A stretch of 64,000 bases of DNA from Hemiscyllium ocellatum (GCF_020745735.1 NW_026867640.1:1186698-1250697), one strand, 5' to 3'. Shown: positions 12,065 through 24,653, counted from the first letter of the stretch. Made by a program: numbers and translations. Notes: generated by a model not told the origin, from the sequence alone.

Positions 12065-14440
12065 TCATACTGCACGAGACTGCCAGTATGACTGACCATT
12101 TGGCCCAGCTGCTCCATGCCAACCAAAGTGTCCATCCACACTCACCCCATTTCCCTGCCATTACTCTGTATCCCTCTAATCCTTTCCTATCTGTGTATTT
12201 GTCCAAACGCCTTTTCAATGTTGATATTGTACCCAACTCTATCACTTCCACAGGCAGCTCAGTCTGTATGCGTACCAAACTCTGTGTAAAAAGGTTGCCC
12301 CTCGGGTTCCTTTTTAGGTATTTTTTCCTTTCCAAACATTAATGGATGTCCTCTAGTCCTCGATTCCCCAACCGTAGGAAAAAAATTTGAAGTATTCACC
12401 CCATGCACACCTGTCATGATTTTATAAGAGTTACACTTCTATAAGAATCCTCTCAGTTTCCTACGCTGTAAAGAAATAAGTTCTAACCTGTCCAACTTCT
12501 GCCTATAACTGAGACCCTTTAGCCCAGGAAACATCTTTGTAAATTTCGTCTACTTCCTTTCTACAACAAGGTGAACAAAACTGAGCATAGTATTCCAACT
12601 GCAGCCTTGCCAACATCCTGTACAATTGCAACATAACGTTCCAACTTCTATACTCAATGCCCTGATGAAGGCCAATGTGCCAACAACCTTCTTCACTGTC
12701 GTGTGTATCTGTGACCCAAGAGAACCGTGCACCTGATTACCAACGTCCTTTTGTTCCACTACACTCCTTAAGACCCTCTCATTCATCATTAAACTCCTAC
12801 CTTGATTAGACTTTCAAAAATGCAAGACGTCACACTTATCTATATTAAACACCATTTGTTATTTCTGAGCCCACTTCCTCAGCTGACCAAGGTACTGCTG
12901 CAATTTCTGATAATGTTTCTCATTGTAAATGATGCCTCCTAATTTAGTCTCATCTGCAAACTTACTAACGTTGCGTTGTGCACTCTGGTCCAAATCATTG
13001 GTATAGCTAACGAACAGCAATGGGCCCAGCACCGACCGCTGAGGCACTCCACTCGTCGCAGGCCTCCAGTCCGACAGCATACCTCCACCATAGCCATTTG
13101 CTTCATAACGTCAAGCCAATTGTGTCGCCAATTTGCCAGTTCATCTTGGATTCCATGCAATCTTACCTTCCAGAGTTGCCTACCATGTGGAACCTTATCA
13201 AAGGTCTTACTGAAATCCATATAGACTATGTCCACCACCCTGTCCTCGTCAACCTTCCTGGTCACTTCCTCAAAAGCTCTATCAAAAGTTGTAAGGCATG
13301 ATCTGCCACGCACAAAGCTCTGCTGACTGTTCCAAGTCAAATTCTGTCTTTCCAAATCCATGCATATCATATCTCTCAGAATCTTCTCAAGTGGTTTACC
13401 GAAAACAGAAGTGATATTGATATTGGTACAGTACAGGTCTATATTTCCCAGGTTTTTCTTTGCAACCCTTCTTGAATAAGGGCACAACATTTGCTTCCGC
13501 CCAGTCTTCTGGGTCCTTGGCCCTTGAATTGTCTTCTCTCGCCTCTTGCAGCTCTCTTGGATATATCTGGTCCGGACCAAGAGATTTATCTGACTTTGTG
13601 CATTCTAATATGTCAATCAGCACCTTTACTGTGATATGGGCTTTACCAAGATATCAGAACGAACCTCTCAAAGGTCACAGGTCTTCATGTCTTTCTAAAT
13701 GGTAAATGCAGGGGGGGAATTGAGGACCGCACCCATCTCTTGAGATTTTACACATGCTGACCCATTTTGGACTTTAAGAAGTCCTATTCTCTCTCTAGTT
13801 GTTCTTTTTCTTTCCTATACTGAACTTGGATACACATTAATCTGCTCAGCCAAGGCTATCTCATACCCCCTTTTCACCTTCCTAATTTGCTTCTTCAGTA
13901 AACTCCTCTATCCCCTGTGTACCTCCAGGGATTCCCTTGGTCCCAGCTGCCTGTAGTGAGCCACACCTCCTTTTCTTCTTGTCAGAGCCTCAATATGTCT
14001 TGTCATTCAGGGTTCTCTCTTCCTACCTCACTTTCCCTTCATCCTCACAGGAGCATATGGATCTTGAACTCGAGCTATCTCACTTCTGAAGCCCTCCCAC
14101 TTGCCCGGGATCCTTTTACCTCGAAACAAACTACTCCAATTAATCCCTGCAATCCCCTGACTAATTCCAACAAAATACGCCTTGCTCCAACTTAGAACTT
14201 GAATATGTGGACCAATTTTGTCCCTAGCATTACTATTTTAACATTAATACAGCTCTAGTCACTATTCCCAAAATGCTCGCTCACTTTACCTCCGTCACCT
14301 ATCCTATCGTATTTCCCAACAGTAGGTTTAGATTGTCCCTTCACCAGTAGGGACCTCAACATATTGCTTGTGGCAGCTTTCCTGAACACACTAAACAAAT
14401 TACGTTCCATCTAAGTACTCAAACCTCTGAAAGTCCCCGT
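12065..14440 (-). mobile_element. CR1 LINE (~2.4 kb, endonuclease linker to 3' tail)
   Basis: ORFs 13396-13623, 12939-13580 (YMDFSKTFDKVPH), 12859-13080 ([20 protein letters not shown]). Confidence 0.92.
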
Positions 14441-15470
14441 CTATGTCAGGAAAATTAAAATCAACTATTATGACAATCTATTGCTCCTGCAAGTCTCGAC
14501 AGTCTCCCTGCATATTTGTTCCTCTAATTCCTATTGATTATTTGGAGGCTTATAGTGCAACCATTATAAGATCACCATCCCCCTCTTACTTCTTTGTACT
14601 GTTCACAAAAACCTCATTGGATATTATCTCAGTTATTTCATCTTTAAATACTGGAGTGATATGCGTCTTAATCAGAACTATTGGTATTTAAATTGGTTCC
14701 ATTTTCATCTCTCCATCGCAGTGATTTTCACAGTCGCAGCACCCCTTGTCAAGGTACAGTGGAGATATGGAGCTGTAAATGGATGGGAACTGCGCATCCT
14801 GCCACTTCCAGCATTGGTTATTTTTTTCCCCACACTGGCCAGTGATCTAATACAGTGTTACTGAACAATGCAACAGTCTGGGTTTATATATGAATGAACC
14901 AGTGCGGTCTGCACAGCTCCCCACACTGGACATTTAGCCCATGATTATAGATCAAGCATTGGTGTGGGCTGCACAGAGTTCCATTCTGGGCTTTGCTGGG
15001 TTGCATTCAGCAGTACACTCGCCGGATCTACACAGTGCTCCATCCTGAATATGTAATGGATGGGCTGGTTATGTGAGTTGGATTGCGAATGTGAGAGAAC
15101 TAAACATCTGACAATGCCTTTGCTTTGTGTTTTAATTCTTGTGATTGGACCGTTCAAATCCTGACTCATCCAGTTAGACCCATCCATCTGGATAAGTCAT
15201 GGTGAGTGTTGTTACAGCATCTGAGTCTGCAACATGACCAACAAGTGGAGAAGAGGCTGCAGAGAGGGGAGTCTCTGTAGAAATGGAATCAGATCAGCCG
15301 TGGTCTTAGTGAATGGTGGAGCAGGATTGAATGGACCACTAATGCAACTTATTCATGTATTTATGTTTGTTCCAAGCAAACTCCGCTTCTCTCCCTGTGT
15401 CCCACACTCGTGGGGAGTGAGGCACCTCCTCCTGTTCCTGGGCACTGGGGCCCTGGGGCCTCACTAACCA

Positions 15471-15720
15471 ACAGATTTCCCTGTGCCCCAATTTTGAGCT
15501 CTGAGTAACTGCCTCCTGTTCCTGTATCCCAGTCTCAAGCAATTGAATGACTGCCTCCTGCTCCTGTGTCACAGACTCAAGCAGTTGAATGAGTGTCTCA
15601 TGTTCCTGGGTCCCAGTCTTGAGCTCTGAGTGACTCCCTCCTTTCCCTGTGCCCCAGTCTAAAGCAATTGATTGGCTGCATCCTGTTCCTGTGTCCCAAT
15701 CTTGAACAACTGTGTGACTG
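15471..15720. repeat. Minisatellite of six 41-42 bp units
   Basis: Unit starts at 15512, 15554, 15596, 15637, 15679 (cctcctgttcctgtatcccagtctcaagcaattgaatgactg); minus strand translates QEQEAVIQLLETG. Confidence 0.85.
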
Positions 15721-15984
15721 TCTCCTGATCCAAGGTTTGCAAAAGTAGATGTCCTCCTCCTGCTACTGACTAACAGGCTCCAATCTCTCTGTGCTCACCT
15801 GCTGCTCCTGTGGAATAGAGTTGAAGGCCTGAATGGCCTCTTCACATTCCTTACAGCTTCTCTTGACTAAAGGCCGTTCTGATGCTGTAAAACATCAGCA
15901 AAATCTGAATGATGTATTTTTGTGTTTTACTCACAGCAATTGAGCAAACAAGCTGACTGACAGAATTCGGAAGCTGAATAGCCT

Positions 15985-17870
15985 CCTCCTGTTACTGTGT
16001 TGTACAGTCAAGAGAGAATAGACTCTCAAAGATGTATAGCATGGAAAAATACCTTTCGGTCTGATCGTCAATACCAACCAAATATCCTAAATAAAACTTG
16101 CCCCCTTTGGCAGCACTTGGCCCATCTCCCTCTAAACACTTCCCATGCATGCATCCATCTAAGTGCCTTCTAAATGTTGGAACTGTACCTGCCTCCAGCA
16201 CCTCTTTTGGCTGTTCATTCCATACACACAGCAGTCTCTGTGTGAAAATGTTGTCCCTCAAGCCCCCTTTTAAATCTTTGCCCTCTCACCTTAAACCTTT
16301 TTTTTCTAATTTTGAATTCGCCAATCCTGGGAAAAGACATTGACTGTTTACCTTATCTATGCACCTCATGATTTTATAAACCTCTTTAAGGTCACCCCTC
16401 AGCCTTAACACTTGAAAATAGTCCCAACCTATTCAAACTTTCCCTGTACCTCTAACTCTCCAACACCTACAAAAATCTCTTCTGCACCCTTTCAAGTTTG
16501 ACAACATCTTTCCGACAGCAGGGAGACCAGAATTAAAGGCAATATTACAAAAGTGGCCAAACCAATGTCCTGTACAGATGCAACATGTCATACAAATGTT
16601 TAGACTCAAAGCATGGACCAATAAAGGGAAGATCACCAAGCGCCTTCTTCATTGCACTGTCTACCTATGACGGCACTTTCAAGGAACAGAGAACCTGCAC
16701 CACACGGTGACACAGTAGCTCAGTGGCAAGCATTGATGCTTCAGAGCGCAGCGATCTGGGTTTAATTCCATCCTTGAATGACTGCCTGTATGGAGTTTGC
16801 ACATCCTGTATGAGTTTCCTCCAGATGTTATATTTTCCTCCGCCAGTATAAAGATGAACAGATAAGTGTAGATTGGCTATGCTAAATTGCGTAAAGCATC
16901 CAGGGATGTGTGGGCGCGGTGGATTAGCCATGGGAAATGCAGGCTCAGAGGGATAGGGTAGGGGTTTGTCCAGTGGGATACTGTTGAGAATTTCGGTGTG
17001 GCCTCGATGGGCCGAATAGGCTCTTTTCTCACTGTAGGGATTCGATAATTTCAATGGAGTTCTCCTTGATTGGCAACTTTCGACAGGACCCTACCTACAT
17101 GACATGCCTTGCTTTTTCTTGCCAAACACACACACATCCCATTTAACTAAAATAAACTCCATCTGCCACTCCTCGGTTCACCTCAGCAAAGTGCCATTAT
17201 AGTCTGAGAGATCATTCTTCACTTTCGACTACACCACCAAATTAGGTCTTATCTGCAAACTTACTGACCATACTTCATATACTCAAATGCAAATGATTTG
17301 TATAAGTGACAAAAGGCAGCGGACCCACTATTGATCTTTGTGGCACACCAAAGGTCACAGGTCTCCAAGTTTAATGAACAAATATCCAGTGTCACGCCCT
17401 GTCTCCAATATTCCAGAAAATGTTGGATCTAAATGACGAGCTCTCCCTGGAGCCCAGGCAGTCTAACCTTGCTAACCAGTCTACCATGTAGAACATTTTG
17501 GATTTCTTCCTGAATTCCATGAAGACAACATCCACTGTCCTGCCTTCATCAATCATCTTCATCACTTCCTCAAAAAATTCCACCGAGTCAGTGAGACGTG
17601 ATCTCCAATGTTTAAAGCCCTCTTCAGTCCTTGTCTGTCCAAATGCGTATACATCCTTTCCCACAAAATCTCCTCCAACAATTTAATCACCATTGACGTC
17701 AGGCTCACCATGATATAGTTACCTGTTTTTTTCTTACTTTTTAAAATAATGACACTTTGTTAGCTGCCGTCCAGTCTTTTGACACCTCACCTGTGGAAAT
17801 CAAAGATATAAATATATCCGAAAAATGCTGACCAATCTCCTTCCTAGCTTCCCACAAGCTTGGTAACAAC
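15985..17870 (-). mobile_element. Fragmented CR1 LINE(s) interrupted by a SINE
   Basis: 3' tail at ~16000; RT pieces (ORF 17392-17664 VDVVFMEF); C-terminal pieces. Confidence 0.8.
16705..17050 (+). mobile_element. HE1-type SINE
   Basis: cacagtagctcagtgg A box, gggtttaattcc B box, V-domain, tail. Confidence 0.8.
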
Positions 17871-17871
17871 T

Positions 17872-18575
17872 GATCACAGCTGAAAATGTGTTGCTGGAAA
17901 AGCGCAGCAGGTCAGGCAGCATCCAAGGAACAGGAGAATTGATGTTTTGGGCATAAGCCCTTCGTAAGGAATGAGGCTTGTGGCCAAGGGGGCAGAGTGA
18001 TAAATGAGAAGGGAGTGTGGCGGGGAGATGTAGCTGGGAATGTGATAGATAGATGAAGGTGGTGCTGAAAGTGAAAGGTGGTGAACGAAGACAGAACACC
18101 TCATCTACTGCACCCATTACACCTCAATGTGGTCTTCTCTACTTTGGAGAGACAGGGTGCCAACTTGTGGATCATTTCAGAGAATATCCCTGGGACCACC
18201 ACATTGACCAACTCCACAGTCTTGTGGCTGTTTACTTTAACTTCCTTTCCCACTCTGCCAAGGACATGAGGGTTCTGGGCCTGCTCCATCTCTACTCCCT
18301 AACCACCAGAAGCCTGGAGGAAGAAAGCCTCATAGTTTGTAAGACGATTTGTAGCTCGGGCGCTCGTTGTTGTGGTTCTGTTTGCCAAGCTGGGAATCCT
18401 CTGCCTTAGGATCCTCCAACCACAGGGTTCAATGTGGATTTCACCAGTTTCCCCTCTTCCCCAAACTCCACCTTATCCCAGTCCAAACCTCGAACTCAGT
18501 ACCGCCCTTTTGTACGTTCCTATGTGTCCACATCCCATCCCATCAGCCCTACCTTCATCTACTTATTAGATCAAA
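17872..18575 (+). mobile_element. Penelope-like element: inverted pseudo-LTR plus GIY-YIG endonuclease remnant
   Basis: ORF 18053-18409 QCGLLYFGETGCQLVDHFREY..VAVYFNFLSHSAKDMRVLGLL; pLTR at 17872-17990. Confidence 0.8.
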
Positions 18576-19189
18576 GAAGACGAGTTTTGTAGTAAGCCAG
18601 TAGATTCAGAGAAATGTAAGTCCCAGTAATGGATAGCCAAGAAACTGAGAAGAAAACCAAAAATGTAAAGCATGCAAACAAAAGAAAAACAAAAAAGGCT
18701 GCTAAAAAGCTTCTATCAATGTATGAAACAAAAACAAAACCAAGGTCAAATGTGGGACAATGAGTGTGCAGACAGGACAATTTATTGTAGAGACAGAGAA
18801 ATCTCAGTGAAAAGAAACAGTTGTTTTTGTGTCTAGCCAGAAATTCTCCCAGAAATACCAAGAGACCATGGGACTTGTGCAAGTAAAGTCTAAGGTCATT
18901 CATATCAGTGATGCGGTTGTCTTTGAAAAGACAGCTGGATTGAGTATTGATTGAGGGACAGGAGTTGGTCATTAGATATGTTGAACCTTCTCCACCAGGC
19001 AAAAAGATTGTGGCTAATCAGGTTGTGGTCTCAGCCCCACTTTCCTGTCTGCGACCATTATCCATGACTCAGTTCTCTGTCAATTATTTCAGTAACGCAA
19101 CTTTCAATCAATGTGAACATAGAGGCACGATAAACTTCCAGTGAAGAGGATTCTGATTTGAAAGGTACTTTCAGTATTTTTTGTCATCC

Positions 19190-20490
19190 CTCTTATAGAA
19201 TCAGAGAATCATACAGAATGGAAGCAGACCCGTTAGTCCAATCTGTTCACTCCGATCAGATATCAAATCTGATCCAGTCCCATTTGCCAGCATTTTGCCA
19301 ATATTCTTTCTCTTTCAGATACTTTTTAAATGTGCGATTGTAATCGCCTTCACTACTTCCTCTGACAGCACTTTATGTACACACACCACTCTCTGTGTGA
19401 AACATTTATCTTCAGTTCCCTTCTAAATCATTCGTCCTCTCCCCTCCAACCAAGGCTCTCCAGTTCTGGGCTCCCCTACCCTGGGGAGCAGAGCGTGGCT
19501 GTTCAGAATATCCATACCTCTGATGATTTTATAAAACTCTACAATGTCACCCTTCGGCCTCTGACACTCCAGGGGGAAACACCTCAAACTAATCAACCTC
19601 TCCCTATAGCTCAAACCTCCAGTCGTGGGACATCCGTGCAAATCTTTTCAGCTGACAATCGAGTTGTACGCAGTATTCTTAAAGTGGCCTCACCAACATC
19701 CTGTACAGATGCAACATGCCACCACAACTCCTATACGCAATGCTCTGACTTATTAAGGCAAATTTGTAAAATTTGTTGTGTACCGCACTGTCTGCAGTTG
19801 ACTCCACTTTCAAGCAACAATATACCTGCAGCCCTATGTCCGTTTTTTTAAAACCCTCACCAGGCCCTTGTCATTAAGTTTGTAATTTCTGCCCTGATTT
19901 GCCTTCCCAAAATGTGTAACCTCGTAACTGTCTAAATTAAACTTCATCTGTCACTCCTTGCCCCTTTGTCACTTCTATTTGTAGTCTCGTTGTACTCCGA
20001 GATAATCAACTACACCACCTTTCTGAAGTAATCTGTAACCTTACTAACAATGGCCCCAATATTCACATCTAAATCCTTTACATAAATGATGAAATGTTGT
20101 GAACTCAGTACTGATTCTTACAGCACACTGCTGCTCACAAGCCTCCAGTCTGAAAAATACCCCTCTTCCTTCAAGCCAATTGTGACGAGCTTTTTCTGTA
20201 TCCCATGTCACTGAAACTTTTTATCTGCCTACCAATCGGAATGTCATGAACACCTTGCTGAGGTCCATATTGACAATGTCTACCAAACTGCCTTCAACAA
20301 TCTTCTTTATCACCTCTTCATAAAACTCAATCAAATTAATGAGACATGATTTCCCATGCAGAAAGCCACGTTGATTACTCTGATCAGTCCTTGCCTTCCC
20401 AAATGTATGTAAATGCTATCTCACAGAATCCCCTCCAACAACTTACCCACCACCGACATCAGGCTTATCGGTGTATAGTTCCCCGGCTTT
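19190..20490 (-). mobile_element. CR1 LINE fragment
   Basis: 3' tail cagagaatcatacagaatggaagcagacc and degenerate RT sequence. Confidence 0.8.
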
Positions 20491-20983
20491 TTGGGTCACT
20501 GTTTCCTTTCTAGTCCCACTCCCCCACTGCTCACAACAAATGTTAAATGTAACCAGGTTGGTGATGTGGCCGATGATATCGGTCTCAGACTGGGTCAGGG
20601 TCAGTTTTAGGAACAATTAAGGCTGGTTTCTTTAATCTGTTAAATGAACAGGTTTATGAACCAGTGCAATGTTACTCCAACTATGATGGAATAATGAATG
20701 GCAAACTGTTTGGGTATTGCAAATAAAGACTCGATATTTCCCGTTCTAAAAACACTGACACACACACAAAATAAATGAAATCTTTGTAATTTCACGTTGA
20801 CAGAACCTTGTCCAGATATCATTGGAACTTATGACAAAAGGACAAATTGCGAGGTTGTCCAAAATGATATTCTGCTTCTGCTTCTGAAGAGATTCTACTC
20901 ACACAGCTGCTAGCAATGGGATTTCATCCTGGTAGAGTTGGATTTTGCTGAATCCCTTTGCATTAGGCAGTCAGGAGGTTCCA

Positions 20984-21315
20984 GGTTAGCACAGTGGCTC
21001 AGTAGTTCGCACTGTTGCCTCACAGCATCAGGGGCATGAGTTTACTTCCAACCTCAGGTGACTATCTGCGTGGAGTTTGCATCTTCTCCCCTTGTCTGTG
21101 TGAGCTTCTGATGGGTGCTCCCATTTCCTCCCACAGCCCAAAGCTGTATAATTCAAGTGGATTGGGCAAAGAGTCCAAAGTGTTCAGTGATTTCTATTTT
21201 AGGCGTACTCGTCACTGGTAACTGTAAGGGCATGGGAAGGTTACTCTTTGGAAGTTTGGTATGGACTTGTTGGGCCGAAGGGTTTGTTTCCACACTGCAG
21301 GGATTCTTTAAAAAT
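20984..21315 (+). mobile_element. HE1-type SINE
   Basis: gcacagtggctcag head, V-domain, gtggacttgttgggccgaagg tail. Confidence 0.8.
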
Positions 21316-21659
21316 AAAAATGGTAACAATAATAGTAGTGCTTCGTTTTAGCTTGTACACGTTACTGTGATGAGGGATAATGAAGGAGAGAGAGTGCAAT
21401 GGGCCGTTTCTTCTCAGGCAGGTTACATTTTCTCCGTCTCTGAGTTGAATCACACAATAATGTCATCCTCTCCCAAACTGGACCATGTGAGGTCTCCTTG
21501 TACATTGTCCAAACTATGTCTCCATCACATTCCCTGTTCCATGTTGGTGCATCATTGCTGCTGTCATACACGGAGTCATACCCTGAGCAGAAAGTGGTCT
21601 CGGTCGATTTGAAGATATGTTTATATGTCCCTGCGTCATTAAAAAATAAAATGTTTAAT

Positions 21660-23040
21660 GTATTCAGAATACATATAACATTGCACATAGAACAGTCCAG
21701 CACAGAACAGGCCCTGCAGCCCACGATGTTGTGCTGACCATTGATCCTCATGTATGCACACTCAAATTTCTGGGTCCATATGCATATCCAGTAGTCTCTT
21801 AAATGTCCCCAGTGACCCTGCTTCCACACCTGCTGCTGGCAACGCACTCCATGCTCTCACTCCTTTCTGTGTAAAAAAACCGCCTCTGACATCCCCTCCA
21901 TACTTTCCTCCAACCAGCTTAAAGCTATGACCCCTCGTGTTAGTCATTTCTGCCCTGGGAAATAGTCTCTGGCTATCAATTCTATCTATGCCTCTCATAA
22001 TCTTGTTCACCTCAATTCGGTCCCCTATCCTCCTCCTTTTCTCCAATGAAAAAAGTCCGAACTCAGTCAACCTCTCCTCATAAGTTAAGCCCTCCAGTCC
22101 AGGCAGCATCCTGGTTAACCTCCTCTGAACCCTCTCCAAAGCATCCACATCTTTCCTATAATTGGGTGACCAGAACTGGACGCAGTATTCCAAGTGCGTT
22201 CGAACCAAAGTTTTATAGAGCTGCAACAAGATCTCAGGACTCTTAAACTCAATCCCCTGTTAATGAAGCCAAAACACCATATGCTTTCTTAACAACCCTG
22301 TCCACTTGGGTGGCCATTTTAAGGGATCTATGTACCTGCACACGAAGATCTCTGTTTCTTCACACTGCCAAGAATCCTATCCTTAACCCTGTACTCAGCT
22401 TTCTAATTCGACTTTCCAAAGTGCCCCACCTCGCATTTATCCAGGTTGAACTCCATCTGCCACCTCTCAGCCCATTTTTGCGCCATGTCAATGTCCCACT
22501 GCAGCCTACAACAGCCCTCTATACTGTCAACGATACCTCCAAACTTCGTGTCATCTGCAAACTTGCTGACTCATTTTTCAATCCCCTCATCCAAGTCATT
22601 AAAAAAAATTACAAAGAGTAGAGGCCCAAGGACAGAGCTCTGTGGAACACCACTCACCACTGACTTCCAGGCAGAATATTATCCTTCCACTACCACTCGC
22701 TGTCTTCTGTTGGCTAACCAATTCGGCATCCAAACAGCTACACAGACACCTGTGTTAAAATGAATGTTTAAACAAATACAGAAATTACTGGAAATGCTCG
22801 TTAGGTTTGTCAGCGTCCAGATGCCTTTTACATGATGTAGTTGTACCAGCCTCCACCACTTCCTCTGGCAGCTCATTCCATACGCACACCACCATCTGTG
22901 TGAAAAGGTGCCCCTTAGGCCCCTTCAAAATCTTTCCGCTCTCACTTTCCACCAATGTTCTCTGGTTTTGGACACCCCTAACCTGGGGAAAAAACTTGAC
23001 TACAAACTCTATCCATGTCCGTTCTGATTTTATAAACGTT
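21660..23040 (-). mobile_element. Relatively young CR1 3' portion plus adjacent CR1 fragment
   Basis: Intact 155-aa ORF2 C-terminus 21762-22229 (LYKTLVRTHLEYCVQFWSPNYRKD...TRGHSFKL). Confidence 0.92.
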
Positions 23041-23532
23041 TACTGCTGCGAAATTTGACTTCAATCAACACGAATGGCTGTACTTTCAACAATCCCGGGA
23101 CTAAATGCTGACATTCAACACTGACACAAGACTTACCACAATTTAAACCTAAATACAGGAAATTCCCAACTCCGTTTGTCTTCAGGAAATTGGGAGAGAA
23201 TCCTTCAGGACAGCAACGTTCCCAACCTCCATATTAGGAACTGGGAAGGAGTGACCTGTGTGTGCTCTCGTGTGATCGAGTGTGTGGGAATGTTGCAGAA
23301 ACCATCTGTCCTTACAAATGTGTCTCTGTGTGTTTGTGGAGGGAAGGTTTCTTGTGGTGTATGTCACATTTTTGTCAGTAATTCCGAACTTTCTATTTGT
23401 TCTTGCATCTCTAATTATTTTAATAAATCCCTGAATACAGGGAGACATTTGAAAATCTCACTGGGTCCTCGATCAAACGGGTCCCTTTGCCTCCAGGCTG
23501 ATGGATAATGGGTTTGTTTTCCTTCCTCACAG

Positions 23533-24443
23533 TTAACGTAGTGACCATCTACGTCCTGCTTTATAAAGATTGTGGATTGTCTCCATGTGTCAGACGTTAC
23601 CTGGGGGCCATGGCAGCGGCGGTTCTTCTGGTCATTATCCTCGACCTGATCCTGAGACACATTCCCATTGTTTATCGGGAACAGTTTTATATCCTGAGGC
23701 ACTCCGTCCCCGTGTGTAATATCCACGCCGTCCTGCTTTATGCAGCCACTGACTGCTCTGTCTGGTTCACCGTCACTTTCACCTTTGATCGGTTTATGGT
23801 CATTTGTTGCCAGAAGCTGAAAAGTAAATATTGCAGTGAGAAAACGGTGGCTGTGGTTCTAGGAGCAGTGACTTTGCTGAGCTGTTTAAAGAACATTTCC
23901 TGGTATTTTATTCTCACGGCTCGGTATTGGCTGTGGAACGACCCCTGGTTTTGTGAGATAAAAGTCGCTGCTCGTTACTCAATTGTCACGGTCACAATCG
24001 AGTTCCTCCACCACATTCTAACTCCGTGTGTCCCATTTCTCCTGATTCTACTGCTCAATGTTCTCACCGTCAGACACATTTTAATGACCAGCAGAGCCCG
24101 CAGGAGACTCCGCGCTCACACCAATGGGGACGCTCAGTCTGACACTGAAATGAGAAACCGAAAAAAATCCATCATTTTACTGTTTGTGATCTCGGCCAAT
24201 TTCATCCTGTTATGGTCAACGTTAATGGTATTTTCTATATGGAGCCGGATGTGGGATATTGTGCATACCCCTCTGTATCTCCATGACTTTGTGGGGGAAT
24301 TGGGCTTCATGCTGCAGCTCCTCAGTTGCTGCACAAACACCGTGATTTATGCCGTGACCCAGACTAAGTTCAGGCAGCAGCTGGAGAATGTGCTGAAATA
24401 TCCCTTCACCCAAATCCATCCATCAATCAAATTCCCTCGTTAA
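23533..24443 (+). CDS. Main coding exon of a class A GPCR, shark-expanded GPR139/GPR142-like family (upstream exon 1 not located)
   Basis: Uninterrupted ORF with TM1(part)-TM7: NVVTIYVLL, YLGAMAAAVLL, C..CSVWFTVTFTFDRF, RRNRKKSIILL, LSCCTNTVIY; polypyrimidine acceptor ttccttcctcacAG ending 23532 gives phase-1 VN start typical of the family. Confidence 0.92.
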
Positions 24444-24499
24444 TCACACCATCCGGGATTTTCTCATTTCAGTTCAGTGTTTCAGTGATGAAGCAGCCT

Positions 24500-24513
24500 G
24501 TCGCCATGGTAAC
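24500..24513. promoter_or_regulatory. RFX-type X-box
   Basis: GTCGCCATGGTAAC matches GTNRCC-N0-3-RGYAAC exactly, 57 bp after the GPCR stop. Confidence 0.55.
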
Positions 24514-24653
24514 AGACTGAGGGGAGCGCTGGTTTGTCCCTCCTTATCCCACAGCGGAGTTACAGGGAAACATTTCAATGTTTCTCACAACTCAGGGGCC
24601 AATGAGCAAAGGCACCATCCCACTGACTGTATCCATCACTTCCATTTGTAATC

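Noticed and set aside
15471-15720. CRISPR-like array
   Set aside because: Contiguous tandem units with no unique spacers, in a vertebrate genome
18580-19150. Possible solo LTR
   Set aside because: No clear TG..CA ends, TSD or second copy could be established
21362-21847. 161-aa minus-strand ORF as a gene or GPCR exon 1
   Set aside because: Wrong strand for the GPCR; half is CR1 3' UTR and the frame is not kept in the paralogous block at 58.3 kb
23508-23532. ATG at 23508 as the true GPCR start
   Set aside because: MGLFSFLT is read from a polypyrimidine tract ending in a canonical AG; the protein would lack the N-terminus and half of TM1
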